DNA from: an uncultured Candidatus Nemicrothrix sp.
GTDB lineage: Bacteria; Actinomycetota; Acidimicrobiia; Acidimicrobiales; Aldehydirespiratoraceae
Direction of reading: 5' to 3'
NCBI GenBank assembly: GCA_964504305.1
Contig: CAZDEB010000004.1
Location: forward strand, 75,441 to 139,440
DNA: 64,000 bases
Shown here: piece after piece, positions 10,429 to 19,510 of the stretch
Layout: every line of letters starts with the position of its first letter
Position numbering within the stretch: the first letter of the stretch is position 1
The notes under the pieces: generated by a model
The model's database searches: none
What the model was told of the DNA's origin: nothing
The model's input: the letters and a program-made list of their open reading frames with translations, nothing else
Translations under genes and position numbers: made by a program

Positions 10429-10916
10429 TCAAGCTTCACGATCTCGAGCCAGCTGATGGTTCGAACAAGCGTGGCAAGCGCAAAGCTCGCGGTATCGGCG
10501 GCAAAGGCGGCAAAACCGCGGGCCGCGGCACCAAAGGCCAACGCGCTCGTAACACCGTGCCGATTGGGTTCGAGGGTGGCCAGATGCCGCTGCTCCAGCG
10601 GGTTCCGAAGCTGCGAGGTTTCACCAACCCGTTCCGGGTCGAGTACCAGGCCATCAATCTCGACACCATTGCCGACTCGGGCCTCACCGAGATTTCACCC
10701 GAAACTCTGTTGGAGCGCGGGCTTGTCGGCAAGGGTGCGCTGGTGAAGATTCTTGGTCGCGGCGAACTTTCGAGTGCTGTCACCGTCAAGGCCCATGGGT
10801 TCTCGAAATCCGCCGAAGCAGCTATCACCGCAGCAGGCGGTACTGTCGAGAAGCTCGATCTGCCGTGGGGCGTTCGCCCTGCACACGGCAGCTTCAACCA
10901 ACACACCAACCGATGA
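10425..10916 (+). CDS. rplO: 50S ribosomal protein L15
   Basis: 163 aa. KRGKRKARGIGGKGGKTAGRGTKGQRAR. Confidence 0.96.
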   Translation: MIKLHDLEPADGSNKRGKRKARGIGGKGGKTAGRGTKGQRARNTVPIGFEGGQMPLLQRVPKLRGFTNPFRVEYQAINLDTIADSGLTEISPETLLERGLVGKGALVKILGRGELSSAVTVKAHGFSKSAEAAITAAGGTVEKLDLPWGVRPAHGSFNQHTNR

Positions 10917-10981
10917 TCTTTGGTGGGCGCCGCATGGTGCCCACCACGGTCAACTGACCGGCCCTACGAGGAGAACGACAC

Positions 10982-12307
10982 GTGCTGCAACGAGTTCTAA
11001 ACATGTTCCGGGTCGCCGACCTTCGCGGCAAGATCCTGTTCACGCTGTTCGTAATAGGGCTGTATCGCCTTGGTGCGTTCGTGCCCGCTCCCGGTGTCGA
11101 CGTCGAGGCGGTGCAGTTGCTTCGCGATCAGGCCAACGAGGGCGGGATTTTGGGCTTCATGCAGCTCTTCTCGGGTGGTGCCCTCACCCAGTTTGCGGTG
11201 TTCGCGCTCGGGATCATGCCCTACATCACGTCGTCGATCATCATGCAGATCCTCGGCGTCGTGATCCCCAAGATCGAACAGTGGCAAGAGCAGGGGGCGG
11301 TCGGTCAACGAAAGATCACCCAGTGGACTCGTTACCTCACGGTGACGATTGCGTTGGTGCAGTCGACCTCGTTTGCGTTCTTGTTCCACCAGGGAAACTT
11401 GGTGGGCAACGTCGACCTTCTCCCCGATTTCAACGCTTGGACAGTGTTTGTGGTCGTGCTCACTCTCACCAGTGGCACCGCCCTACTGATGTGGATGGGC
11501 GAAGTCATCACCCAGCGCGGGGTCGGCAACGGCATGTCGCTGCTTATTTTCGCTTCGGTGGTATCGAGCCTGCCGGCTCAGGGCGCATTGGTGAAGGCCG
11601 AGAACGGCAACTTCGCATTGGGTGCGCTGATTGCCGTGGCGGTGTTGTTGCTGGTCGCGGTCGTATTTGTCGAGCAGGGTCAGCGTCGTATCCCGGTCCA
11701 GTTCGCCAAGCGTGTCGTCGGCCGGCGCATGTATGGCGGGCAGAGCACCTACATCCCTCTGAAGGTCAACCAGTCCGGCGTGATCCCGATCATCTTCGCG
11801 AGCTCGGTTCTTTATTTGCCGAACCTCGTTGCGGTTGCGCTACCCGACCAAGGGGTTGGCGGCAGTATCCAGCGCTGGGTAAGCGCTCACCTGGCCACGC
11901 CGAGTGATCCGATTTACTTGATCTTCTTTGGTTTGTTGATTATCGGCTTCGCCTACTTCTACACCGCCATAAGCTTCGATCCGGCCAAGCAGGCCGACAC
12001 TATCCGCAAGCAGGGTGGCTTTATCCCCGGTATCCGCCCAGGTCCGCAGACCGAGCGCTACTTGGCTCGCATCTTGTCTCGTATCACTTTCCCTGGGGCT
12101 TTGTTCATTGCCGGCGTGGCACTGATCCCTTCAATTCTCATCTCTGCCACCTTGGGTAGTGCAGGCAGCGGGGGCCACGGTGGCGGCGCGGGTAGCTTCG
12201 CGTTTGGTGGCATCTCTTTGCTGATCGCCTCAGGTGTTGCGCTCGAAACAATGAAGCAGATCGATAGTCAGCTCATGATGCGAAACTACGAAGGCTTCCT
12301 CAAGTAA
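10982..12307 (+). CDS. secY: Preprotein translocase subunit SecY
   Basis: 441 aa, 10-TM-like profile. LRGKILFTLFVIGLYRLGAFVPAPGVD...GIMPYITSSIIMQIL. Canonical position after rplO. Confidence 0.97.
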   Translation: MLQRVLNMFRVADLRGKILFTLFVIGLYRLGAFVPAPGVDVEAVQLLRDQANEGGILGFMQLFSGGALTQFAVFALGIMPYITSSIIMQILGVVIPKIEQWQEQGAVGQRKITQWTRYLTVTIALVQSTSFAFLFHQGNLVGNVDLLPDFNAWTVFVVVLTLTSGTALLMWMGEVITQRGVGNGMSLLIFASVVSSLPAQGALVKAENGNFALGALIAVAVLLLVAVVFVEQGQRRIPVQFAKRVVGRRMYGGQSTYIPLKVNQSGVIPIIFASSVLYLPNLVAVALPDQGVGGSIQRWVSAHLATPSDPIYLIFFGLLIIGFAYFYTAISFDPAKQADTIRKQGGFIPGIRPGPQTERYLARILSRITFPGALFIAGVALIPSILISATLGSAGSGGHGGGAGSFAFGGISLLIASGVALETMKQIDSQLMMRNYEGFLK

Positions 12308-12309
12308 TT

Positions 12310-12882
12310 ATGGGCGCGCTTCGTATGGCGATTCTTGGCCGTCAAGGATCAGGCAAGGGAACTCAGTCGCTGCGCATCGCCGAGCGGTACGGCTGCGTGC
12401 ACGTTTCGACTGGTGATGTCTTGCGAGCCGCTGTCGCCGATGGCACCGAACTAGGACGCCAGGCTTCGGCCATCATGGAGTCGGGCGGTTTGGTCGGCGA
12501 CGACATCATGAACGGCATCGTCGCCGAGCGTCTCGCTCAGGCCGACGTTGTCGAGCGGGGTGTCTTGCTCGACGGATTTCCGCGCACCGCCGATCAGGCC
12601 GATGCGCTCGAACAAATTCTCACCGATCTCGACCACAGCCTCACCATCGCGGTGAACCTAGAAGTGGCTGTCGAAGAGGTCACTCAACGGATGATGGCTC
12701 GTGGTCGTTCCGACGACACCGAAGAAGCCATTGCTCGTCGGTTGTCGCTCTACGAAGAGCAAACCGCGCCTTTGTTGTCTTGGTTTTCCGACCGCGGCCT
12801 GCTGGCCACGGTGGATGGCCTCGGCGAAGAGGACGAGGTCTTTGCTCGTCTGCAGACGACTATCAACGGACGTCTTCAGTGA
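12310..12882 (+). CDS. adk: Adenylate kinase
   Basis: 190 aa. P-loop-like GRQGSGKGTQ and VLLDGFPRTADQADAL. The start could instead be ATG 12325 (MAILG). Confidence 0.93.
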   Translation: MGALRMAILGRQGSGKGTQSLRIAERYGCVHVSTGDVLRAAVADGTELGRQASAIMESGGLVGDDIMNGIVAERLAQADVVERGVLLDGFPRTADQADALEQILTDLDHSLTIAVNLEVAVEEVTQRMMARGRSDDTEEAIARRLSLYEEQTAPLLSWFSDRGLLATVDGLGEEDEVFARLQTTINGRLQ

Positions 12883-12973
12883 TGAAGGCGTACGGGTTGG
12901 TCAGCTCCGGTGCGTCCGGTAGCGTAGTTGACTGGCCTGTTCCAAGGTCACCACGCGGCGCCATTGTTACCGC

Positions 12974-13219
12974 GTGTTTTCAGGAGGTTTAACTCTGCCG
13001 AAGCCTAAAGAAGATGCAATCGTCCTTGAGGGCGCCGTTACCGAGTCGTTGCCGAACGCCATGTTCCGGGTCGAGTTGGAAAACGGGCACCAAGTCCTCG
13101 CGCACATCAGCGGCAAGATGCGGATGCACTACATCCGGATCCTTCCGGGCGATCGCGTTCAGGTGGAGCTGACCCCCTACGACCTCCAACGAGGCCGTAT
13201 CACCTATCGCTACAAGTAA
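12974..13219 (+). CDS. infA: Translation initiation factor IF-1
   Basis: [50 protein letters not shown]. The ORF-track start is GTG 12974. AGGAGG at 12983-12988 lies inside that reading and sits 6 nt before CTG 12995, which would give a canonical 74-aa IF-1. Confidence 0.93.
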   Translation: MFSGGLTLPKPKEDAIVLEGAVTESLPNAMFRVELENGHQVLAHISGKMRMHYIRILPGDRVQVELTPYDLQRGRITYRYK

Positions 13220-13305
13220 CTCCCGGCATTCCGGCCGGGGGACACAACGATCGGCCGGATTTCTCGGCCAACAAATTTGCGGCTGCACGAGCAGCCGGGA
13301 GCAAC

Positions 13306-13419
13306 ATGAAGGTTCGACCAAGCGTCAAGAAGATCTGTGACAAGTGCAAGGTGATTCGTCGCCACGGCCGCGTCATGGTCATCTGCGAAAACCCGCGTCA
13401 CAAGCAGAGGCAAGGCTGA
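13306..13419 (+). CDS. rpmJ: 50S ribosomal protein L36
   Basis: Not in the ORF track because it is under 60 aa. Hand translation gives [37 protein letters not shown]. Canonical position between infA and rpsM. Confidence 0.95.
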   Translation: MKVRPSVKKICDKCKVIRRHGRVMVICENPRHKQRQG

Positions 13420-13420
13420 A

Positions 13421-13798
13421 ATGGCACGCATTAGCGGTGTAGATATTCCGCGAGACAAACAGGTAGGCATCAGCCTTACCTACATCTATGGCATCGGCCG
13501 TACGGTTGCTCTTCACGTTTGTGAAGCCACCGACATCGATCCCACCACCAGGGTTCGCGAGCTGACCGACGACGAAGTCGCTCGTCTTCGTGCCTACATC
13601 GACTCCGACCTCAAGGTCGAAGGCGATCTGCGTCGCCAGGTGTCTCAAGACATCAAGCGCAAGATGGAGATCGGCTGTTACCAGGGTTTGCGCCACCGTC
13701 GTGGCTTGCCAGTTCGCGGCCAGCGCACCCACACCAACGCTCGTACGCGCAAGGGTCCCAAGAAGACCGTTGCCGGTAAGAAGAAGGTCACGAAGTAA
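13421..13798 (+). CDS. rpsM: 30S ribosomal protein S13
   Basis: 125 aa. [26 protein letters not shown]. Confidence 0.97.
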   Translation: MARISGVDIPRDKQVGISLTYIYGIGRTVALHVCEATDIDPTTRVRELTDDEVARLRAYIDSDLKVEGDLRRQVSQDIKRKMEIGCYQGLRHRRGLPVRGQRTHTNARTRKGPKKTVAGKKKVTK

Positions 13799-14196
13799 TG
13801 GCTAAGCCAGCTGCAGGAGGCCGTCGGCCTCGCAAGCGCGAGCGTAAGAACGTCACCCACGGGGTGGCGCACATCAAGAGCTCGTTCAACAACACAATCA
13901 TTTCGATCACCGACCAGCGTGGCGATGTCATTGCGTGGGCTTCGGCCGGCAATGTCGGGTTCAAGGGTTCGCGCAAATCGACTCCGTTCGCCGCACAGTT
14001 GGCGGCCGAGCAGGCCGCGCGTCGAGCTATGGAACATGGCGTGCGCAAGGTTGATGTTCAGGTCAAGGGTCCGGGTTCGGGCCGCGAGACCGCTATTCGT
14101 TCGATCCAGCAGGCTGGTATCGAAGTCACCGGAATCAAGGATTGCACCCCGATTCCTCACAACGGCTGTCGCCTCAACAAGCGTCGGAGGGCCTGA
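13798..14196 (+). CDS. rpsK: 30S ribosomal protein S11
   Basis: 132 aa. [30 protein letters not shown]. Confidence 0.97.
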   Translation: MAKPAAGGRRPRKRERKNVTHGVAHIKSSFNNTIISITDQRGDVIAWASAGNVGFKGSRKSTPFAAQLAAEQAARRAMEHGVRKVDVQVKGPGSGRETAIRSIQQAGIEVTGIKDCTPIPHNGCRLNKRRRA

Positions 14197-14198
14197 GC

Positions 14199-14813
14199 AT
14201 GTCTCGTTACACCGGACCCCGAGCACGCGTTTCGCGCCGTCTCGGCACCAACATCTGGGGCACCAAGGGCGAAACCATCGCTCTGGACAAGCGCCCGTAT
14301 CCTCCTGGCGAGCACGGCCGGTCGCGTCGCCGCGGCTCCGTGTCTGAGTACTTGTTGCAGCTTCAAGAGAAGCAGAAGGCTCGCTTCTCCTACGGACTCA
14401 CCGAGCGTCAGTTCCGCAACATCTTTGCCGAGGCCAGCCGTCGTCAGGGCGTGACCGGCGAGAACATGCTTCAGTACCTCGAGTGTCGTCTCGACAACGT
14501 CATTTACCGCGCTGGCTGGGCGGCAACTCGTCCCCAGGCCCGTCAGTTCGTTGGCCACGGTCACGTGAGCGTCAACGGTCGTCGGGTTGATATCCCGAGC
14601 TACCGCGTCCGCAAGGGCGATGTAGTCGAATTGCGCGAGTCGGCACGCGACTTCACTGTTGTCCAGTGGAACCTCGATGTTCTCGACCGTACGCCTCCGG
14701 CGTGGCTCGACCGCAACGAGCAGTTCCAGACCACCGTCCGCGAGCTGCCCATTCGCGAGCAGATCGACATCCCCGTCCGCGAACAGCTCATCGTTGAGCT
14801 GTACTCGAAGTAA
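14199..14813 (+). CDS. rpsD: 30S ribosomal protein S4
   Basis: Start set at ATG 14199 (MSRYTGPRARVSRRLG). 204 aa. Confidence 0.95.
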   Translation: MSRYTGPRARVSRRLGTNIWGTKGETIALDKRPYPPGEHGRSRRRGSVSEYLLQLQEKQKARFSYGLTERQFRNIFAEASRRQGVTGENMLQYLECRLDNVIYRAGWAATRPQARQFVGHGHVSVNGRRVDIPSYRVRKGDVVELRESARDFTVVQWNLDVLDRTPPAWLDRNEQFQTTVRELPIREQIDIPVREQLIVELYSK

Positions 14814-14825
14814 CAGAGGTATCTG

Positions 14826-15764
14826 ATGCTTGTCATTCAGCGCCCAGCCGTCGAGGCGATCGACGAGGCTGAGGGGAATCTTCAGCGCTTTTCGGTCGGC
14901 CCGCTCGAGCCTGGCTTTGGTCACACAATCGGCAATTCGTTGCGTCGCACGTTGCTGTCATCGATCCCGGGAGCTGCGGTTACGCAGGTTCGTTTCGATG
15001 ACGCGCTTCACGAGTTCGACACCATTACCGGTGTCGCTCAGGATGTGACCGACATTATCTTGAACCTCAAGGACCTTGTCCTCGTTGTTCACACCGACGA
15101 GCCAGTAACGTTGCGCCTTGATGCTCGTGGCCCGGCCGAGGTGACTGCGGCGGATATTCAGCCCCACCCCGATGTCGAGATCCTCAATACCGATCTCGAT
15201 CTGGCGTCGCTAAACGGCAAGGGTCGCCTTGCGGTCGACCTCACCGTTGCGACCGGACGGGGCTACGTGTCGGCCGATAAGAACAACACCAGCTCCACCA
15301 TCGGCGTGATTCCGATCGATTCGATCTACTCGCCGGTTCGGCGCGTATCGTTCCAGGTCGAGGCCACCCGGGTCGAGCAGTCCAACAACTTCGACCGTCT
15401 CATTCTCGAAATCGAAACCGACGGTTCGATCAGCCCTCGCGAAGCGCTGGCATCAGCCGGTGGCACTTTGCGGGCCTTGGTACAGTTGGTCGAAGAGATG
15501 AGCGACGAGCCACAGGGTCTCGAGCTCGGCGAAGCTATTCAGGTCGCGACCGGTGGTCCCGACATGGAACTACCCATCGAAGATCTCGAACTGTCCGAGC
15601 GTCCCCGTAACTGCCTCAAGCGGGCCCAAGTCAATACTGTGGGCGAGCTGTTGCAAAAGAGCGAGGACGATCTCTTGGCCATCACAAACTTTGGTCAAAA
15701 GAGCCTCGACGAAGTTATCGAGAAGCTTGACGAGCGAGGCCTCTCGCTCCGGAATCGAGACTAA
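14826..15764 (+). CDS. rpoA: DNA-directed RNA polymerase subunit alpha
   Basis: 312 aa. [29 protein letters not shown], and C-terminal [22 protein letters not shown]. Confidence 0.97.
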   Translation: MLVIQRPAVEAIDEAEGNLQRFSVGPLEPGFGHTIGNSLRRTLLSSIPGAAVTQVRFDDALHEFDTITGVAQDVTDIILNLKDLVLVVHTDEPVTLRLDARGPAEVTAADIQPHPDVEILNTDLDLASLNGKGRLAVDLTVATGRGYVSADKNNTSSTIGVIPIDSIYSPVRRVSFQVEATRVEQSNNFDRLILEIETDGSISPREALASAGGTLRALVQLVEEMSDEPQGLELGEAIQVATGGPDMELPIEDLELSERPRNCLKRAQVNTVGELLQKSEDDLLAITNFGQKSLDEVIEKLDERGLSLRNRD

Positions 15765-15766
15765 TC

Positions 15767-16120
15767 ATGCCCGCAACTCCACGCAGGGGTCGCCGCTTTG
15801 GCGGCAGTTCTGCTCACCAGAAATCGATGATGGCCAACTTGGTTGCTTCGTTGATCGCCGCCGAAGGCATCACAACTACCGAGGCCAAGGCCAAGGCGGT
15901 TCGTCCGATTGCCGAGAAGATGATCACCAAGGCCAAAAAGGGCGGCCTGCACAACCATCGCAACGTCGTCAAGTTCCTTGGCGATCGCGAGATGGCAAGC
16001 AAACTGTTTGACGAGATCGGCCCTCGTTACGAGGATCGAGCCGGCGGTTACACTCGCATTATCAAGCTCGACCCTCGTTCGGGCGACAATGCGGCGATGG
16101 CCCGCATCGAACTGGTCTAG
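15767..16120 (+). CDS. rplQ: 50S ribosomal protein L17
   Basis: 117 aa. Ends [25 protein letters not shown]. Confidence 0.95.
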   Translation: MPATPRRGRRFGGSSAHQKSMMANLVASLIAAEGITTTEAKAKAVRPIAEKMITKAKKGGLHNHRNVVKFLGDREMASKLFDEIGPRYEDRAGGYTRIIKLDPRSGDNAAMARIELV

Positions 16121-16241
16121 TCAGACCCCCCGGTGCCGGCGAAACCGCTGGCCTCTTCTTTAGATTCTGCTCCATGGTCCGGCCAGCTAATGCTGAGTCG
16201 GACTTTGGCCTTTTCGGGCGAGGTCTCTAGCCTCGTACGTC

Positions 16242-17045
16242 GTGACAATCCGCCTGCCGCCTCCACCACCCCCCGGCTTTGGTCGGGTGCGGGCCACGAT
16301 TGCCTACGATGGCGCGCCGTTTCACGGCTTTGCCTCCAATCCCGAAGTTGTCACGATTCAGGGCGAGATCGAGCGCGCCCTCACAGTTGTGTTGCGACAT
16401 CTCGTCCAAATCGGTTGTGCCGGTCGCACCGACCGCGGCGTGCACGCTCGTGGGCAGGTGATTTCGTTCGACGCCGATCTTGGTCACTTCGAGCCGGTGG
16501 CTTTGACGCGCGCGTTTAATCGAATGCTCGACCCGTCGATAGTCATGCGTGACGTAGAACTGGTCGACGACACCTTCGACGCCCGGTTGTCGTGCATCGG
16601 GCGGTCCTATCGCTACCGGATTCTCAATAGCAAGGTGCCCGATCCGTTGCTGACGGATTTGGTTTGGCATGTACGCGACGAGCTCGATCTGCGAGCAATG
16701 AACGTTGCCACAGATCGCATTTTGGGTCTCCACGACTTCTCTACGTTCAGTAAGCGAAACAAGTCGCGCCCCACCGAGACCTTTCTGCGCCGCGTTCATC
16801 ATGCTCAGTGGCGGCGATTTGGCGAGACCGTGCAATTCGACATCACCGCCAATGCTTTCACCCATCAGATGGTGCGGACCCTGGTTGGGTACTTCGTCGA
16901 CATCGGCTTGGGTCGACGTCGGGCCGCCGATCTCGGCGCGGCTTTGGCGGCGATGGACCGCGCCGTGGTGGGTTCGCCGGCGCCACCGCACGCTTTGATC
17001 TTGTGGAGCGTGAAGTACGGCGATGGACCGGTTGTTAAGCCCTGA
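16242..17045 (+). CDS. truA: tRNA pseudouridine(38-40) synthase TruA
   Basis: 267 aa. IAYDGAPFHGFASN...AGRTDRGVHARGQV contains the catalytic Asp motif. Confidence 0.9.
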   Translation: MTIRLPPPPPPGFGRVRATIAYDGAPFHGFASNPEVVTIQGEIERALTVVLRHLVQIGCAGRTDRGVHARGQVISFDADLGHFEPVALTRAFNRMLDPSIVMRDVELVDDTFDARLSCIGRSYRYRILNSKVPDPLLTDLVWHVRDELDLRAMNVATDRILGLHDFSTFSKRNKSRPTETFLRRVHHAQWRRFGETVQFDITANAFTHQMVRTLVGYFVDIGLGRRRAADLGAALAAMDRAVVGSPAPPHALILWSVKYGDGPVVKP

Positions 17046-17177
17046 CCCACGCCGCCAAGAAATCGCGGCGACGCGCGATTGTTGTTGGTCAATGCTGGGC
17101 CTAGGCTTGTCCGCTGGTCCTGATGCCCCTTTCCGGCATCGACCGTCTTGATCTTTTCGAACTTCCGCGGAGGAAGC

Positions 17178-17633
17178 GTGTCCACCTACACCCCAAAGGC
17201 CAGCGAGATCACCCGCTCCTGGCATGTCGTCGACGCCGAAGGCCTTGTCCTTGGTCGTCTTGCCACCGAAGTTGCCAACATCTTGCGCGGCAAGCACAAG
17301 GCGACGTTCACGCCGCACATGGACATGGGCGACCATGTCATCATCGTGAACGCCGACAAGGTGGTTCTGACCGCCGGCAAGGCCGAGAAGAAGATGGTTT
17401 ACCGTCACTCGGGATTCCCCGGCGGAATCAAGTCCGAAACCTATGCCGCCAAGCTTGCTCGTAAGCCCGAGCAGGCCGTGCTCGACACCGTTCGGGGCAT
17501 GTTGCCCAAGACCCGTCTCGGACGGGCGCAGATCTCCAAGCTCAAGGTCTACGCCGGTCCTACTCATCCGCACTCGGCGCAGAATCCTCAGCCGCTCGAG
17601 ATTGCCCACGCCAAGTTCCAGGCTCGCGCCTGA
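17178..17633 (+). CDS. rplM: 50S ribosomal protein L13
   Basis: Start set at GTG 17178 ([22 protein letters not shown]), preceded by GGAGGA. The track start at 17148 adds 10 non-homologous residues. Confidence 0.94.
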   Translation: MSTYTPKASEITRSWHVVDAEGLVLGRLATEVANILRGKHKATFTPHMDMGDHVIIVNADKVVLTAGKAEKKMVYRHSGFPGGIKSETYAAKLARKPEQAVLDTVRGMLPKTRLGRAQISKLKVYAGPTHPHSAQNPQPLEIAHAKFQARA

Positions 17634-17647
17634 TTAGGAAGAATCCG

Positions 17648-18040
17648 ATGACTACTCCGATCACTCAAACTACTGGCCGACGTAAGCGCTCTGTCGCTCG
17701 TGTCCGCTTTCGCAGCGGCGAAGGCGTTGTCACCGTCAACGGCCGCCCAGTCGACGACTACTTCCCGGCCATGACTCACCGCATGGCGTTGCTCGAGCCG
17801 CTCGAAGTAACCGAGACCATCGGCACTTACGACATCGACGCGACGATTCATGGCGGCGGCACAACCGGCCAGGCCGGTGCGTTGCGGCTGGGCATTGCTC
17901 GTGCGCTGGTCGAGATCGATCCGGAAAACCGCGACACCCTCAAGAAGGCTGGCTTTCTTACTCGCGATCCTCGCAAGAAGGAATCCAAGAAGTACGGCCT
18001 CAAGAAGGCCCGCAAGGCGCCTCAGTACAGCAAGCGCTAA
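17648..18040 (+). CDS. rpsI: 30S ribosomal protein S9
   Basis: 130 aa. [17 protein letters not shown]...[27 protein letters not shown]. Confidence 0.97.
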   Translation: MTTPITQTTGRRKRSVARVRFRSGEGVVTVNGRPVDDYFPAMTHRMALLEPLEVTETIGTYDIDATIHGGGTTGQAGALRLGIARALVEIDPENRDTLKKAGFLTRDPRKKESKKYGLKKARKAPQYSKR

Positions 18041-18082
18041 CCATTTGCTGTCGGCCACCGACATTGTGCCGATGGTGATGTC

Positions 18083-19408
18083 GTGACTCTCAAATTCGGG
18101 ACTGACGGCATGCGGGGCGACGCTCGCACCGAACTCACGGCCGAGGTCGTGAGTTCGCTCGCGTATGCGGCGGCTTTAACGCTCGGGGTCGATGGTTTTG
18201 TGGTGGGCCGTGACACTCGTGAGTCGGGGCCCGTTTTGGCGGCCGCGGTGCGTAGAGGTGTTACGGCCGCAGGTGGGAACTGTGTCGACGTTGGCGTGGT
18301 GCCAACACCGGCCGTCGCGTTGTGGTGTGCCCAACACAATGTGGCTGGGGCCATGATTTCGGCCTCTCACAATCCTTGGTACGACAACGGCATCAAGTTC
18401 TTTGCCGCTGGCGGGCTGAAGCTCTCCGACGCGGTTCAAGCCGACATCGAAGCTCGTTTTGACGAGGTTCATTCTGGTGGCTCGGTGCCGGTCGATTCCG
18501 ATGCGGCAGTGGAGCGCGCCGATGCCGCGGCGCCTCACGTCGACGGGGTCGTGTCGAGTATCGATGGTCGGTCGTTGGCGGGGTTGCGGGTTGTTGTCGA
18601 TGCCGCGAACGGTGCGGCGTTCGAAGTTGCGTCCGATGCGTTGGTTCGCCTTGGTGCCGATGTGGTGCTGATGCACGCGTCGCCTGATGGTCGCAATATC
18701 AACGAGCAATGCGGTTCGACTCACCCCGAGAGCCTGCAGGCTGCCGTTGTGGCCCAGAACGCCGATCTGGGGGTCGCCTTTGACGGCGATGCCGACCGCC
18801 TGCTCGGCGTCGACCACCGCGGCGCGCTGATTGATGGCGACGAGATAATCGCAATTTGCGCACTTGACGCCCACCGACGGGGACAGCTGACCGGCGATGC
18901 CGTCGTGGTGACGGTCATGACCAATCTGGGCTTCCGGCGTTCGATGGCGAGCGCCGGGATTGAGATAGTCGATGTTGGTGTCGGTGATCGCTACGTGCTC
19001 GAAGCGCTCGATCAGCGTGGTCTGGCGTTAGGCGGGGAGCAAAGCGGACATGTGATCTTTCGAGACCTGGCGACGACCGGCGATGGATTACTCACCGCGG
19101 TGCAACTGCTCGACGTGGTTGTACGAACTGGTTCGTCACTTGCCGAGCTCGCGGCCGCGTCGATGTCTCGGCTGCCCCAGGTGCTGAAGAACGTGCGACT
19201 GGCCAGTCGTCGCCATGATTTGGACGAGGTTCTCGCCCCGCTGATAAACGCTGCCGAAATGAGGCTTGCCGGTCGGGGTCGTGTGCTCATCCGGGCCTCG
19301 GGCACTGAACCGCTGGTGCGGGTGATGGTCGAGGCCGAGACCGATGCCGAGGCCGCGATGGAGGCCGAAGCGCTGGTCGCGGCCGTTCAAGGGCTGCTCG
19401 GTGCCTAA
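18083..19408 (+). CDS. glmM: Phosphoglucosamine mutase
   Basis: 441 aa. FGTDGMRG and the active-site loop ISASHNPWYDNGIKFF. Canonical position after rpsI. Confidence 0.95.
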   Translation: MTLKFGTDGMRGDARTELTAEVVSSLAYAAALTLGVDGFVVGRDTRESGPVLAAAVRRGVTAAGGNCVDVGVVPTPAVALWCAQHNVAGAMISASHNPWYDNGIKFFAAGGLKLSDAVQADIEARFDEVHSGGSVPVDSDAAVERADAAAPHVDGVVSSIDGRSLAGLRVVVDAANGAAFEVASDALVRLGADVVLMHASPDGRNINEQCGSTHPESLQAAVVAQNADLGVAFDGDADRLLGVDHRGALIDGDEIIAICALDAHRRGQLTGDAVVVTVMTNLGFRRSMASAGIEIVDVGVGDRYVLEALDQRGLALGGEQSGHVIFRDLATTGDGLLTAVQLLDVVVRTGSSLAELAAASMSRLPQVLKNVRLASRRHDLDEVLAPLINAAEMRLAGRGRVLIRASGTEPLVRVMVEAETDAEAAMEAEALVAAVQGLLGA

Positions 19409-19510
19409 CGCCGAGCGTGGCGCGACCCAGCCTCGTCACCTCAGAGCCTAAACTGCCGTAGCCCGGCAGCCGACGGGGAAGCAACCCCCTCTTGCCTCGT
19501 GGAGGAAACC

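Noticed and set aside
10753-11907. 384-aa plus-strand ORF overlapping rplO and secY in another frame
   Set aside because: Arg/Gly/Pro-rich and lacks motifs. secY in the other frame is clearly real.
17046-17177. Small hairpins (AATCGCG-N6-CGCGATT and GATGCC-N7-GGCATC) upstream of rplM as a possible L13 leader
   Set aside because: The stems are only 6-7 bp, and I cannot match them to any leader family from memory. Not reportable without covariation analysis.
16227-17609. 460-aa minus-strand ORF
   Set aside because: It is antisense to well-supported truA and rplM. It is Arg/Gly/His-rich with no recognisable motifs, a typical shadow ORF of GC-rich DNA.
19409-19510. Possible glmS ribozyme upstream of the GlmS-like gene
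   Set aside because: I could not find the conserved glmS ribozyme core features in this 102-nt gap, only a small 6-bp hairpin at 19453-19469. To my knowledge this riboswitch is not typical of Actinobacteria. A covariance-model scan would settle it.
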